64,000 nt of DNA from Macrostomum hystrix. Its lineage: Eukaryota > Animalia > Platyhelminthes. This document shows positions 14,230-26,200 of this stretch, piece by piece (position 1 is the first letter of the stretch; each line of letters begins with the position of its first letter). Below the pieces are notes generated by a model, which was not told the origin of the DNA, made no database searches, and was given only the letters and a program-made list of their open reading frames with translations. The stretch is from positions 8,060,001 to 8,124,000 of the forward strand of contig CATNEN010000007.1 of the NCBI GenBank assembly GCA_950097015.1, given 5' to 3'. The translations under genes and the position numbers were made by a program.

Positions 14230-17200
14230 GTCAGGTTCTGGTTGTCCGGCTCGGGCAGTTTGAACAGCATCACCTGGGGCACCAGCGGCGGGCACAGAAG
14301 GCCGAAAACAATGCCAAATGCGATCCTGGTGGCAGCGGGCGGTGATCCAACTTTGTTCAGTCTAAATCTGTTTGCCAACCTGACTATTTCTCCCGCTCTA
14401 TCTAAAATCTTCGCTTACCTAACAAACGGGTTCTTCGTGCTCAGCTGACCCATCCAGGTGCTGGTGAGGAAGTCCTGGCAGCAGGGGTGGGCCATGAACT
14501 TGATGGTCTTGGCCTCGGCGGCCAGGTAGATGCAGGAACTATCACCGTAGAATGCCAGCTCCCGGTTGATGAGCAGTTGGGCTCGCCGCTCGTCCTCGCG
14601 GTAGCACTGGTCCAGGACGCCCCAGGCGCGGTTTTCGAATAGCTCGGCGCCGCGCAGGAAGTCCTCCCTGTCCGTGAAGTCGTCGGTCCGCGTCTCCATA
14701 GCCTTCAGAATCTTTGAGGACAGCAGAGCAGCCGCCACTGGCTCCTGGAAGAGTGCAACAGAATTTGAGATTGGAGTCGGAAATCAGAAATCAGAGTGAG
14801 CTGGGTGTATTGGAGTGGAGTGGGTGTATCGGAGTGAGCTGGGTACAATAGAGTGGGTGGGTGTATCGGAGTGAGCTGGGTACGATAGAGTGGGATGGGT
14901 GTATCGGAGTGAGCTGGGTGTATTGGAGTGGAGTGGGTGTATCGGAGTGAGCTGGGTACAATAGAGTGGGTGGGTGTATCGGAGTGAGCTGGGTACAATA
15001 GAGTGGGGTGGGTGTATCGGAGTGAGCTGGGTACAAAAGAGTGGGGTGGGTGTATCGGAGTAAGGTGGGTGTATCGACCCGGTGGCTCACCTTCTCCATG
15101 GCCCAGAAAAGCTCTGCCATCTGCAGCTTGCCAACCAGCAGAGACCAGATCAGCAGCTCCCTGGCTGGCCGCTCGAGCGTCACCGTCTTGGCTTTCAACT
15201 CTGCGGATGTTACCGAATCGATTGAATACAACAAGTATTACTGTTGTGTAAAACAGTTATGATTGAGGCTTGACCATAGACAGCAATGTGCGAGGTTATG
15301 TGCGTGCTTTGTTAGTTCTACAAGGCGGCTATAGGTCAGAAACGTAAAGTACAAAAAACAGAATAGTAATGAATAGAGGTAATGATAGGTATGATAGGTA
15401 TGTATATTTTTGGAGTGAGGAATTCCCACTGTTTCTATTTCTGGAGTCAGGGAATTCCTAGTACGCTCGTAGAATGCCTAGAACTTCTAACATGTGTGAT
15501 TTCCTGGCACCCGTCTTTTTTAGATTTAGGTTAGTCTTTTTAGAGCAAGCGAATCCTTAGTATGCCTATTTTTAGACTGAGAAAATCTTTATTAGGTCTA
15601 TTTTAAGGACCGGGTATACCAGGAATCCTGAGTGAGATTGTTTTGTTTTAGCCCTAATTCTCTTAACGATAGGGCAATTAAACATACCGTTAAAAAGTTT
15701 CAATGTTATTTTTCCATTATATCTCGTTAAAGATTGTGAGAAAAGTTTCTAAGGTTAGTACTCTACTAAAAGCATGTTCTCATAGTTGTTGCTATGCACG
15801 GGCAGCTAAGGCACGCACCGCGCTGTTGTTCTCGAACAAGACGGATCCAGCGGCCTGTGGATTTAGCGATTTAGATTTAGATTTAGATTTAGATTTAGAT
15901 TTAGATTTAGATTTTGCATGCCACAATGGGCTCTGATAACGAACATTTATCAGGGTTAAAACAAAAATAGCACCTTAAGGAATAGGGCACAAACACCAAA
16001 AGAGCACAGCTAGTGAAAAGGAATATTTTGCTCCCCCTAGTTTAGAAGCGCATGGTAAAAAGTTACGAAGACAACATTTATAAGAAACCGCAGTGTCCAA
16101 CAAGTTTGCAGTTCTGCTCTGGCCAAACCTTCGTTGGCGACGCTGCGCTGCTCGTCTTCGAGCAGGCCGGCTGCTGTCGGGGACTGGCGCAGGGCGGCCA
16201 GGAACTCCAGAGAGCTGCGCCGTCTAAGGCGTGGGGACTCTCGAACCCGGGGGGGTACAAAGGAGAAGTCACTGGTCAAACGAGGCATTTGTTCTGCTAA
16301 TGTGCCGATGGGTGTACGTATTGCATTTAGGAAAAGTAGCATCATTTGAATTTTGAAATTTCAATAACAAAAAAATAAGAGGCGCTTGACGTGCTGAAAA
16401 GCAATAATAATTAATAATAATAATAATAATTGATTACACCTGCCCCAATCGGGCCAGATGTGCAGCCGACAGCACAGCCGCAGCTATTGCGCGGCGCATC
16501 TGAAGGCTGCGTACGGCTGTTCAGTCCATGGACTGGGGGGACGCCACACCCACCTTCAATTATCCCAGCTAATGCTGGTACCCATTTAACAGCTGGGTGA
16601 ACTGAAGCAATGCAGAGTTAAGTGTCTTGCTAAAGGACACAAATTGTTTAAGTGGAGACGGGAATCGAACCCCCGACCTTCAAGTCGTGAGTCCAACGCC
16701 CTAACCACTAGGCTACAACCTCTCTGGCCAAACCTTCGTTGGCGACACATTTAAGACTGGTGATGAAACGGATATTTGAGATGTACTTAGACGCAAGATA
16801 TGTACTCAGACACAGGATATGTACTCAGACACAGGATATGTACTCAGACACAAGAGGCGTACTCAGAACACAAGAGGCGTACTCAGAACACAAGAGGCGT
16901 ACTCAGAACACAAGAGGCGTACTCAGAACACAAGAGGCGTACTCAGAACACAAGAGGCGTACTCAGAACACAAGAGGCGTACTCAGAACACAAGAGGCGT
17001 ACTCAGAACACAAGAGGCGTACTCAGAACACAAGAGGCGTACTCAGAACACAAGAGGCGTACTCAGAACACAAGAGGCGTACTCAGAACACAAGAGGCGT
17101 ACTCAGAACACAAGAGGCGTACTCAGAACACAAGAGGCGTACTCAGAACACAAGAGGCGTACTCAGAACACAAGAGGCGTACTCAGAACACAAGAGGCGT

Positions 17201-20200
17201 ACTCAGAACACAAGAGGCGTACTCAGAACACAAGAGGCGTAACTCAGAACACAAGAGGTGTAATCTGAACACATGAGATATACTCAGAACACAAGAGGTG
17301 TACTCAAAACAAGAGATGTACTCAGACACAAGAGGCGTACTCAGAACACAAGAGGCGTACTCAGAACACAAGAGGCGTAACTCAGAACACAAGAGGTGTA
17401 ATCTGAACACATGAGATATACTCAGAACACAAGAGGTGTACTCAAAACAAGAGATGTACTCAGACACAAGAGATGTACTCAGACACAAGAGGTGTAATCT
17501 GAACACATGAGATGTACTCAGAACACAAGAGGTGTACTCAGAAACATGAGATGTACTCAGAAACATGAGATGTACTCAGATACATAAGACGTACAGAGAC
17601 ACGAAATGTGTACTCTGGATTTTTTAACTGCTCATCTTTCGAAGCACTCCCGGTGCTTCTTATAAAAGGCTGGTATGTTCCATAGCACTCTGACAAATAC
17701 CCACCGCTCACCTTTGCCACCCTTGTTCCCTGCCCGCCTATTGGTGACGATTGTCGGCATCGACTCGGCCGCCACAGCCTCCAACGCAGAGTCCATTATC
17801 GGGTTGTCGAAGCCTCCGGCTGAGCCGCCGTTGTTGCCACCGTGCTGCTGCTGATCGCCGTCTGCGGAGGAAAGTCAGAGGGAGAGCTGCTCGCGACTAC
17901 CAAGATGAGAGCCTCTACAAATATATATCATCTTATCATCTCAGGCTCACACCAACTTACTCCCTACCCTTACCAGCCCTCAATTGTGCACCCACCTCGC
18001 TCCCTAGCCTTACCAGCTCTCATTTGTGCACCCACCTCACTCCCTACCCTTACCAGCTCTCGTTTGTGCACCCACCTCACTTCCCACCCTTACCAGCTCT
18101 CGTTTGTACACCCACCTCACTTCCCACCCTTACCAGCCAATCATTTGTACACCCACCTCGCTCCCTACCCTTACCAGCCAATCAATTGTACAACCACCTC
18201 ACTCCTACCCTCACCAGCTCATTTTGAACATCCACCTCACTCGCAATTCTTCGAACCTAAGTTTTACCCGCGCCATACTCTACCACACTCTACTACCCTC
18301 GTAGTATAAGTTAGCGAAACTACATAAAACGCAAAATAAAATCTTGCAAATTTATCAGCACTAATTTAGCAATTAAATAGACTACTAACTGAAGAAAAGT
18401 GAAAAAAAATACGCGCTCTTAGAATAAATATTCGAACCTTAAGCTTATCACCTGACTTTGCTTGTAATTGCAAATAAGAGGTAAGTAAGAGCATTGAAGT
18501 ATTACACATACATATGTTCTCAGCATATCATCTATGTTGGACTCGCTAGTTTAGGTTAAATTGGTATTGACTTGAAAAAAGCGACGCCAAAAAAGAGCGG
18601 AGCGAACAGGCGCCGGCCACTCACCCCGACTGTAAATGCCAGTCGGTCCGCTGCCCGACTCGCCTGCCAGACTCGGCAGGTCGTGACCAGAGCCACCTGG
18701 ACCTGTAGGATTAGTTTCTGCTTTAAATACACGCAGCACACAATGTTCCTTACTACTACTCGCGCTAAGTAGTGCAGTAAATTTACTTTTAAGTTTGTGC
18801 TCCACAAAATCTAACGTTAAAAATAAGAATTACACATCCCACAAGGACACTGACCCTTTGATGTGATGCCTTCAGGTCCGTGGCCACCGGCGCTGCCTTT
18901 CTCCTCTCCTAGAAGCTTTCGCTCGAAGTCCTTTTTGGTGTAAAGCGGCTGATAGAAGTCGCCCATGAGGATCTTAATCACCTTGCCAACATCTTTAAGT
19001 CGCACCTTTTTCATGCTCTGAAATCAGCGAACCAATGTTGAATTAATCAGTATTCCGACATTATGTCATGACCAAATTGAACGAATGTAAACTAACCCGG
19101 TGCCTGTGCTGCTCCCACAGCCGGTGAAAGATGGCAACTTTGGAGTTCTGTAATTAGATAATTGTAAGACACAGGTGTGTTATTGTTTCATTTGGCACTT
19201 TATTTTAATTCGCTTCTATGCGTTTCTTCATCGCATTTTAACTAAGCGTCCAGTTCTAGCCAGTGTACATTCCTCACGCCCCTCACCATTTAACCAACCA
19301 CCAGTTCTAGCCAGTGTACATTCCTCTCGTCCCTCACCATTTAACCAACCACCAGTTCTAGCCAGTGTACATTCCTCTCATCCCTCACCATTTAACCAAG
19401 CACCAGTTCTAGCCAGTGTACATTCCTCTCGTCCCTCACCATTTAACCAACCACCAGTTCTAGCCAGTGTACATTCCTCTCATCCCTCACCATTTAACCA
19501 AGCACCAGTTCTAGCCAGTGTACATTCCTCTCGTCCCTCTCCATTTAACCAACCACCAGTTCTAGCCAGTGTACATTCCTCTCATCCCTCACCATTTAAC
19601 CAACCACCAGTTCTAGCCAGTGTACATTCCTCTCATCCCTCACCATTTAACCAACCACCAGTTCTAGCCAGTGTACATTCCTCTCGTCCCTCTCCATTTA
19701 ACCAACCACCAGTTCTAGCCAGTGTACATTCCTCTCGTCCCTCACCATTTAACCAACCACCAGTTCTAGCCAGTGTACATTCCTCTCATCCCTCACCATT
19801 TAACCAACCACCAGTTCTAGCCAGTGTATATTCCTCTCATCCCTCACCATTTAACCGACCACCAGTTCTAGCCAGTGTACATTCCTCTCATCCCTCACCA
19901 TTTAACCAAACGCCAGTTCTAGCCAGTGTACATTCCTCTCATCCCTCACCATTTAACCAAGCACCAGTTCTAGACAGTGTACATTCCTCTCGTCCCTCAC
20001 CATTTAACCAACCACCAGTTCTAGCCAGTGTACATTCCTCTCATCCCTCACCATTTAACCAACCACCAGTTCTAGCCAGTGTACATTCCTCTCATCCCTC
20101 ACCATTTAACCGACCACCAGTTCTAGCCAGTGTACATTCCTCTCATCCCTCACCATTTAACCGACCACCAGTTCTAGCCTGTGTACATTCCTCTCGTCCC

Positions 20201-23200
20201 TCACCATTTAACCAAACGCCAGTTCTAGCCAGTGTACATTCCTCTCATCCCTCACCATTTAACCGACCACCAGTTCTAGCCAGTGTACATTCCTCTCATC
20301 CCTCACCATTTAACCAAACGCCAGTTCTAGCCTGTGTACATTCATCTCGTCCCTCACCATTTAACCAAACGCCAGTTCTAGCCAGTGTACATTCCTCTCA
20401 TCCCTCACCATTTAACCAAACGCCAGTTCTAGCCTGTGTACATTCCTCTCATCCCTCACCATTTAACCAAACGCCAGTTCTAGCCAGTGTACATTCCTCT
20501 CATCCCTCACCATTTAACCAAACGCCAGTTCTAGCCAGTGTACATTCCTCTCATCCCTCACCATTTAACCAAACGCCAGTTCTAGCCAGTGTACATTCCT
20601 CTCGTCCCTCTCCATTTAACCGACCACCAGTTCTAGCCAGTGTACATTCCTCTCATCCCTCACCATTTAACCAAACGCCAGTTCTAGCCAGTGTACATTC
20701 CTCTCGTCCCTCTCCATTTAACCGACCACCAGTTCTAGCCAGTGTACATTCCTCTCATCCCTCACCATTTAACCAAGCACCAGTTCTAGCCAGTGTACAT
20801 TCCTCTCGTCCCTCACCATTTAACCAACCACCAGTTCTAGCCAGTGTACATTCCTCTCATCCCTCACCATTTAACCAACCACCAGTTCTAGCCAGTGTAT
20901 ATTCCTCTCCTCCCTCACCATTTAACCGACCACCAGTTCTAGCCAGTGTACATTCCTCTCATCCCTCACCATTTAACCAAACGCCAGTTCTAGCCTGTGT
21001 ACATTCCTCTCGTCCCTCACCATTTAACCAAACGCCAGTTCTAGCCAGTGTACATTCCTCTCATCCCTCACCATTTAACCGACCACCAGTTCTAGCCAGT
21101 GTACATTCCTCTCATCCCTCACCATTTAACCAAACGCCAGTTCTAGCCTGTGTACATTCCTCTCGTCCCTCACCATTTAACCAAACGCCAGTTCTAGCCA
21201 GTGTACATTCCTCTCATCCCTCACCATTTAACCGACCACCAGTTCTAGCCAGTCTACATTCCTCTCATCCCTCACCATTTAACCAAACGCCAGTTCTAGC
21301 CTGTGTACATTCATCTCGTCCCTCACCATTTAACCAAACGCCAGTTCTAGCCAGTGTACATTCCTCTCATCCCTCACCATTTAACCAAACGCCAGTTCTA
21401 GCCAGTGTACATTCCTCTCATCCCTCACCATTTAACCGACCACCAGTTCTAGCCAGTCTACATTCCTCTCATCCCTCACCATTTAACCGACCACCAGTTC
21501 TAGCCAGTGTACATTCCTCTCATCCCTCACCATTTAACCAAACGCCAGTTCTAGCCAGTGTACATTCCTCTCATCCCTCACCATTTAACCAAGCACCAGT
21601 TCTAGACAGTGTACATTCCTCTCATCCCTCACCATTTAACCAACCACCAGTTCTAGCCAGTGTACATTCCTCTCGTCCCTCACCATTTAACCAAACGCCA
21701 GTTCTAGCCTGTGTACATTCCTCTCGTCCCTCACCATTTAACCAAACGCCAGTTCTAGCCAGTGTACATTCCTCTCATCCCTCACCATTTAACCGACCAC
21801 CAGTTCTAGCCAGTCTACATTCCTCTCATCCCTCACCATTTAACCGACCACCAGTTCTAGCCAGTGTACATTCCTCTCGTCCCTCACCATTTAACCAAAC
21901 GCCAGTTCTAGCCTGTGTACATTCCTCTCGTCCCTCACCATTTAACCAAACGCCAGTTCTAGCCAGTGTACATTCCTCTCATCCCTCACCATTTAACCGA
22001 CCACCAGTTCTAGCCAGTCTACATTCCTCTCATCCCTCACCATTTAACCGACCACCAGTTCTAGCCTGTGTACATTCCTCTCGTCCCTCACCATTTAACC
22101 AAACGCCAGTTCTAGCCAGTGTACATTCCTCTCATCCCTCACCATTTAACCGACCACCAGTTCTAGCCAGTGTACATTCCTCTCATCCCTCACCATTTAA
22201 CCAAACGCCAGTTCTAGCCTGTGTACATTCATCTCGTCCCTCACCATTTAACCAAACGCCAGTTCTAGCCAGTGTACATTCCTCTCATCCCTCACCATTT
22301 AACCAAACGCCAGTTCTAGCCTGTGTACATTCCTCTCATCCCTCACCATTTAACCAAACGCCAGTTCTAGCCAGTGTACATTCCTCTCATCCCTCACCAT
22401 TTAACCAAACGCCAGTTCTAGCCAGTGTACATTCCTCTCATCCCTCACCATTTAACCAAACGCCAGTTCTAGCCAGTGTACATTCCTCTCGTCCCTCTCC
22501 ATTTAACCGACCACCAGTTCTAGCCAGTGTACATTCCTCTCATCCCTCACCATTTAACCAAACGCCAGTTCTAGCCAGTGTACATTCCTCTCGTCCCTCT
22601 CCATTTAACCGACCACCAGTTCTAGCCAGTGTACATTCCTCTCATCCCTCACCATTTAACCAAGCACCAGTTCTAGCCAGTGTACATTCCTCTCGTCCCT
22701 CACCATTTAACCAACCACCAGTTCTAGCCAGTGTACATTCCTCTCATCCCTCACCATTTAACCAACCACCAGTTCTAGCCAGTGTATATTCCTCTCCTCC
22801 CTCACCATTTAACCGACCACCAGTTCTAGCCAGTGTACATTCCTCTCATCCCTCACCATTTAACCAAACGCCAGTTCTAGCCTGTGTACATTCCTCTCGT
22901 CCCTCACCATTTAACCAAACGCCAGTTCTAGCCAGTGTACATTCCTCTCATCCCTCACCATTTAACCGACCACCAGTTCTAGCCAGAGTACATTCCTCTC
23001 ATCCCTCACCATTTAACCAAACGCCAGTTCTAGCCTGTGTACATTCCTCTCGTCCCTCACCATTTAACCAAACGCCAGTTCTAGCCAGTGTACATTCCTC
23101 TCATCCCTCACCATTTAACCGACCACCAGTTCTAGCCAGTCTACATTCCTCTCATCCCTCACCATTTAACCAAACGCCAGTTCTAGCCTGTGTACATTCA

Positions 23201-26200
23201 TCTCGTCCCTCACCATTTAACCAAACGCCAGTTCTAGCCAGTGTACATTCCTCTCATCCCTCACCATTTAACCAAACGCCAGTTCTAGCCAGTGTACATT
23301 CCTCTCATCCCTCACCATTTAACCGACCACCAGTTCTAGCCAGTCTACATTCCTCTCATCCCTCACCATTTAACCGACCACCAGTTCTAGCCAGTGTACA
23401 TTCCTCTCATCCCTCACCATTTAACCAAACGCCAGTTCTAGCCAGTGTACATTCCTCTCATCCCTCACCATTTAACCAAGCACCAGTTCTAGACAGTGTA
23501 CATTCCTCTCATCCCTCACCATTTAACCAACCACCAGTTCTAGCCAGTGTACATTCCTCTCGTCCCTCACCATTTAACCAAACGCCAGTTCTAGCCTGTG
23601 TACATTCCTCTCGTCCCTCACCATTTAACCAAACGCCAGTTCTAGCCAGTGTACATTCCTCTCATCCCTCACCATTTAACCGACCACCAGTTCTAGCCAG
23701 TCTACATTCCTCTCATCCCTCACCATTTAACCGACCACCAGTTCTAGCCAGTGTACATTCCTCTCATCCCTCACCATTTAACCAAACGCCAGTTCTAGCC
23801 AGTGTACATTCCTCTCATCCCTCACCATTTAACCAAGCACCAGTTCTAGACAGTGTACATTCCTCTCGTCCCTCACCATTTAACCAACCACCAGTTCTAG
23901 CCAGTGTACATTCCTCTCATCCCTCACCATTTAACCAACCACCAGTTCTAGCCAGTGTACATTCCTCTCATCCCTCACCATTTAACCGACCACCAGTTCT
24001 AGCCAGTGTACATTCCTCTCATCCCTCACCATTTAACCGACCACCAGTTCTAGCCTGTGTACATTCCTCTCGTCCCTCACCATTTAACCAAACGCCAGTT
24101 CTAGCCAGTGTACATTCCTCTCATCCCTCACCATTTAACCGACCACCAGTTCTAGCCAGTGTACATTCCTCTCATCCCTCACCATTTAACCAAACGCCAG
24201 TTCTAGCCTGTGTACATTCCTCTCATCCCTCACCATTTAACCAAACGCCAGTTCTAGCCAGTGTACATTCCTCTCATCCCTCACCATTTAACCAAACGCC
24301 AGTTCTAGCCAGTGTACATTCCTCTCATCCCTCACCATTTAACCAAACGCCAGTTCTAGCCAGTGTACATTCCTCTCGTCCCTCTCCATTTAACCGACCA
24401 CCAGTTCTAGCCAGTGTACATTCCTCTCATCCCTCACCATTTAACCAAACGCCAGTTCTAGCCAGTGTACATTCCTCTCGTCCCTCTCCATTTAACCGAC
24501 CACCAGTTCTAGCCAGTGTACATTCCTCTCATCCCTCACCATTTAACCAAGCACCAGTTCTAGCCAGTGTACATTCCTCTCGTCCCTCACCATTTAACCA
24601 ACCACCAGTTCTAGCCAGTGTACATTCCTCTCATCCCTCACCATTTAACCAACCACCAGTTCTAGCCAGTGTATATTCCTCTCCTCCCTCACCATTTAAC
24701 CGACCACCAGTTCTAGCCAGTGTACATTCCTCTCATCCCTCACCATTTAACCAAACGCCAGTTCTAGCCTGTGTACATTCCTCTCGTCCCTCACCATTTA
24801 ACCAAACGCCAGTTCTAGCCAGTGTACATTCCTCTCATCCCTCACCATTTAACCGACCACCAGTTCTAGCCAGTGTACATTCCTCTCATCCCTCACCATT
24901 TAACCAAACGCCAGTTCTAGCCAGTGTACATTCCTCTCATCCCTCACCATTTAACCGACCACCAGTTCTAGCCAGTGTACATTCCTCTCATCCCTCACCA
25001 TTTAACCAAACGCCAGTTCTAGCCAGTGTACATTCCTCTCGTCCCTCACCATTTAACCAAACGCCAGTTCTAGCCAGTGTACATTCCTCTCATCCCTCAC
25101 CATTTAACCGACCACCAGTTCTAGCCAGTCTACATTCCTCTCATCCCTCACCATTTAACCAAACGCCAGTTCTAGCCTGTGTACATTCATCTCGTCCCTC
25201 ACCATTTAACCAAACGCCAGTTCTAGCCAGTGTACATTCCTCTCATCCCTCACCATTTAACCAACCACCAGTTCTAGCCTGTGTACATTCCTCTCATCCC
25301 TCACCATTTAACCAAACGCCAGTTCTAGCCAGTGTACATTCCTCTCGTCCCTCTCCATTTAACCGACCACCAGTTCTAGCCAGTGTACATTCCTCTCATC
25401 CCTCACAATTTAACCAAGCACCAGTTCTAGCCAGTGTACATTCCTCTCATCCCTCACCATTTAACCAACCACCAGTTCTAGCCAGTGTACATTCCTCTCA
25501 TCCCTCACAATTTAACCAAGCACCAGTTCTAGCCAGTGTACATTCCTCTCATCCCTCACCATTTAACCAAGCACCAGTTCTAGCCAGTGTACATTCCTCT
25601 CATCCCTCACAATTTAACCAAACGCCAGTTCTAGTCAGTGTCTCGTACATTTCTGTCTTTCCTAATCATTAAAGCAACCGTTCAGTTCTAGCCTGTGCAC
25701 ATGCCTAGTGACCATTTTCTTACCAAACGCTTCATCTGGTCAGTGTACAGCTTCTCCAATGTGTAAACAGTGAGAAAGTCCTCCAAGCTAAAGCCCTGCT
25801 CAAGCAGCAGCTTCACGAAGTCGTGCCTGTCATCCATCAGCGCCTGGTACATGAAGTCATTCAGATCGCCTTTCTGTTGGACAGTAAGGAGCAATGTTTT
25901 TTGAGAGATCCAAGGCACTTTAATAAAAAACATAAAGAAAAATTTTGAGTTTACCTTCCACTTTTTGCTCTCCAAGAAGATCTTGTCCCTGGCGATGTCT
26001 GCCCGGTTCAAAGTCAGGCAGATCTTCAGCTGCTTCAGGTTAAGTTGGTCCGGCCCACAGTCGCTTCCGGCTTAGGATATTAAGGAAAAAAGAAGCAACT
26101 CGAACTTTAACTTTTTATATGAAGTTCCACAATAAGCATTTTAGTAAGCTTGATGAGTTGTGATTATCTGCTAGCCGCAAGCAATATTATCTGCCTTATT

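Noticed and set aside
15497-15630. Possible small MITE (gatttcctggcacccgtc ... gaccgggtataccaggaatc)
   Set aside because: The inverted ends are imperfect and no TSD is identifiable.
15868-15913. Telomeric repeat
   Set aside because: The unit is TTAGAT, not TTAGGG; it is a short interstitial microsatellite.
16650-16720. tRNA gene (also 62725-62793)
   Set aside because: A/B boxes are present, but the acceptor stem does not pair well and the sequence continues into a shared SINE body and tail.
19175-25672. 2165-aa ORF of 17-aa repeats
   Set aside because: Translation of a 51-bp satellite lacking stops in one frame. It is antisense within a TRPM intron, has a non-ATG start and no unique domain.
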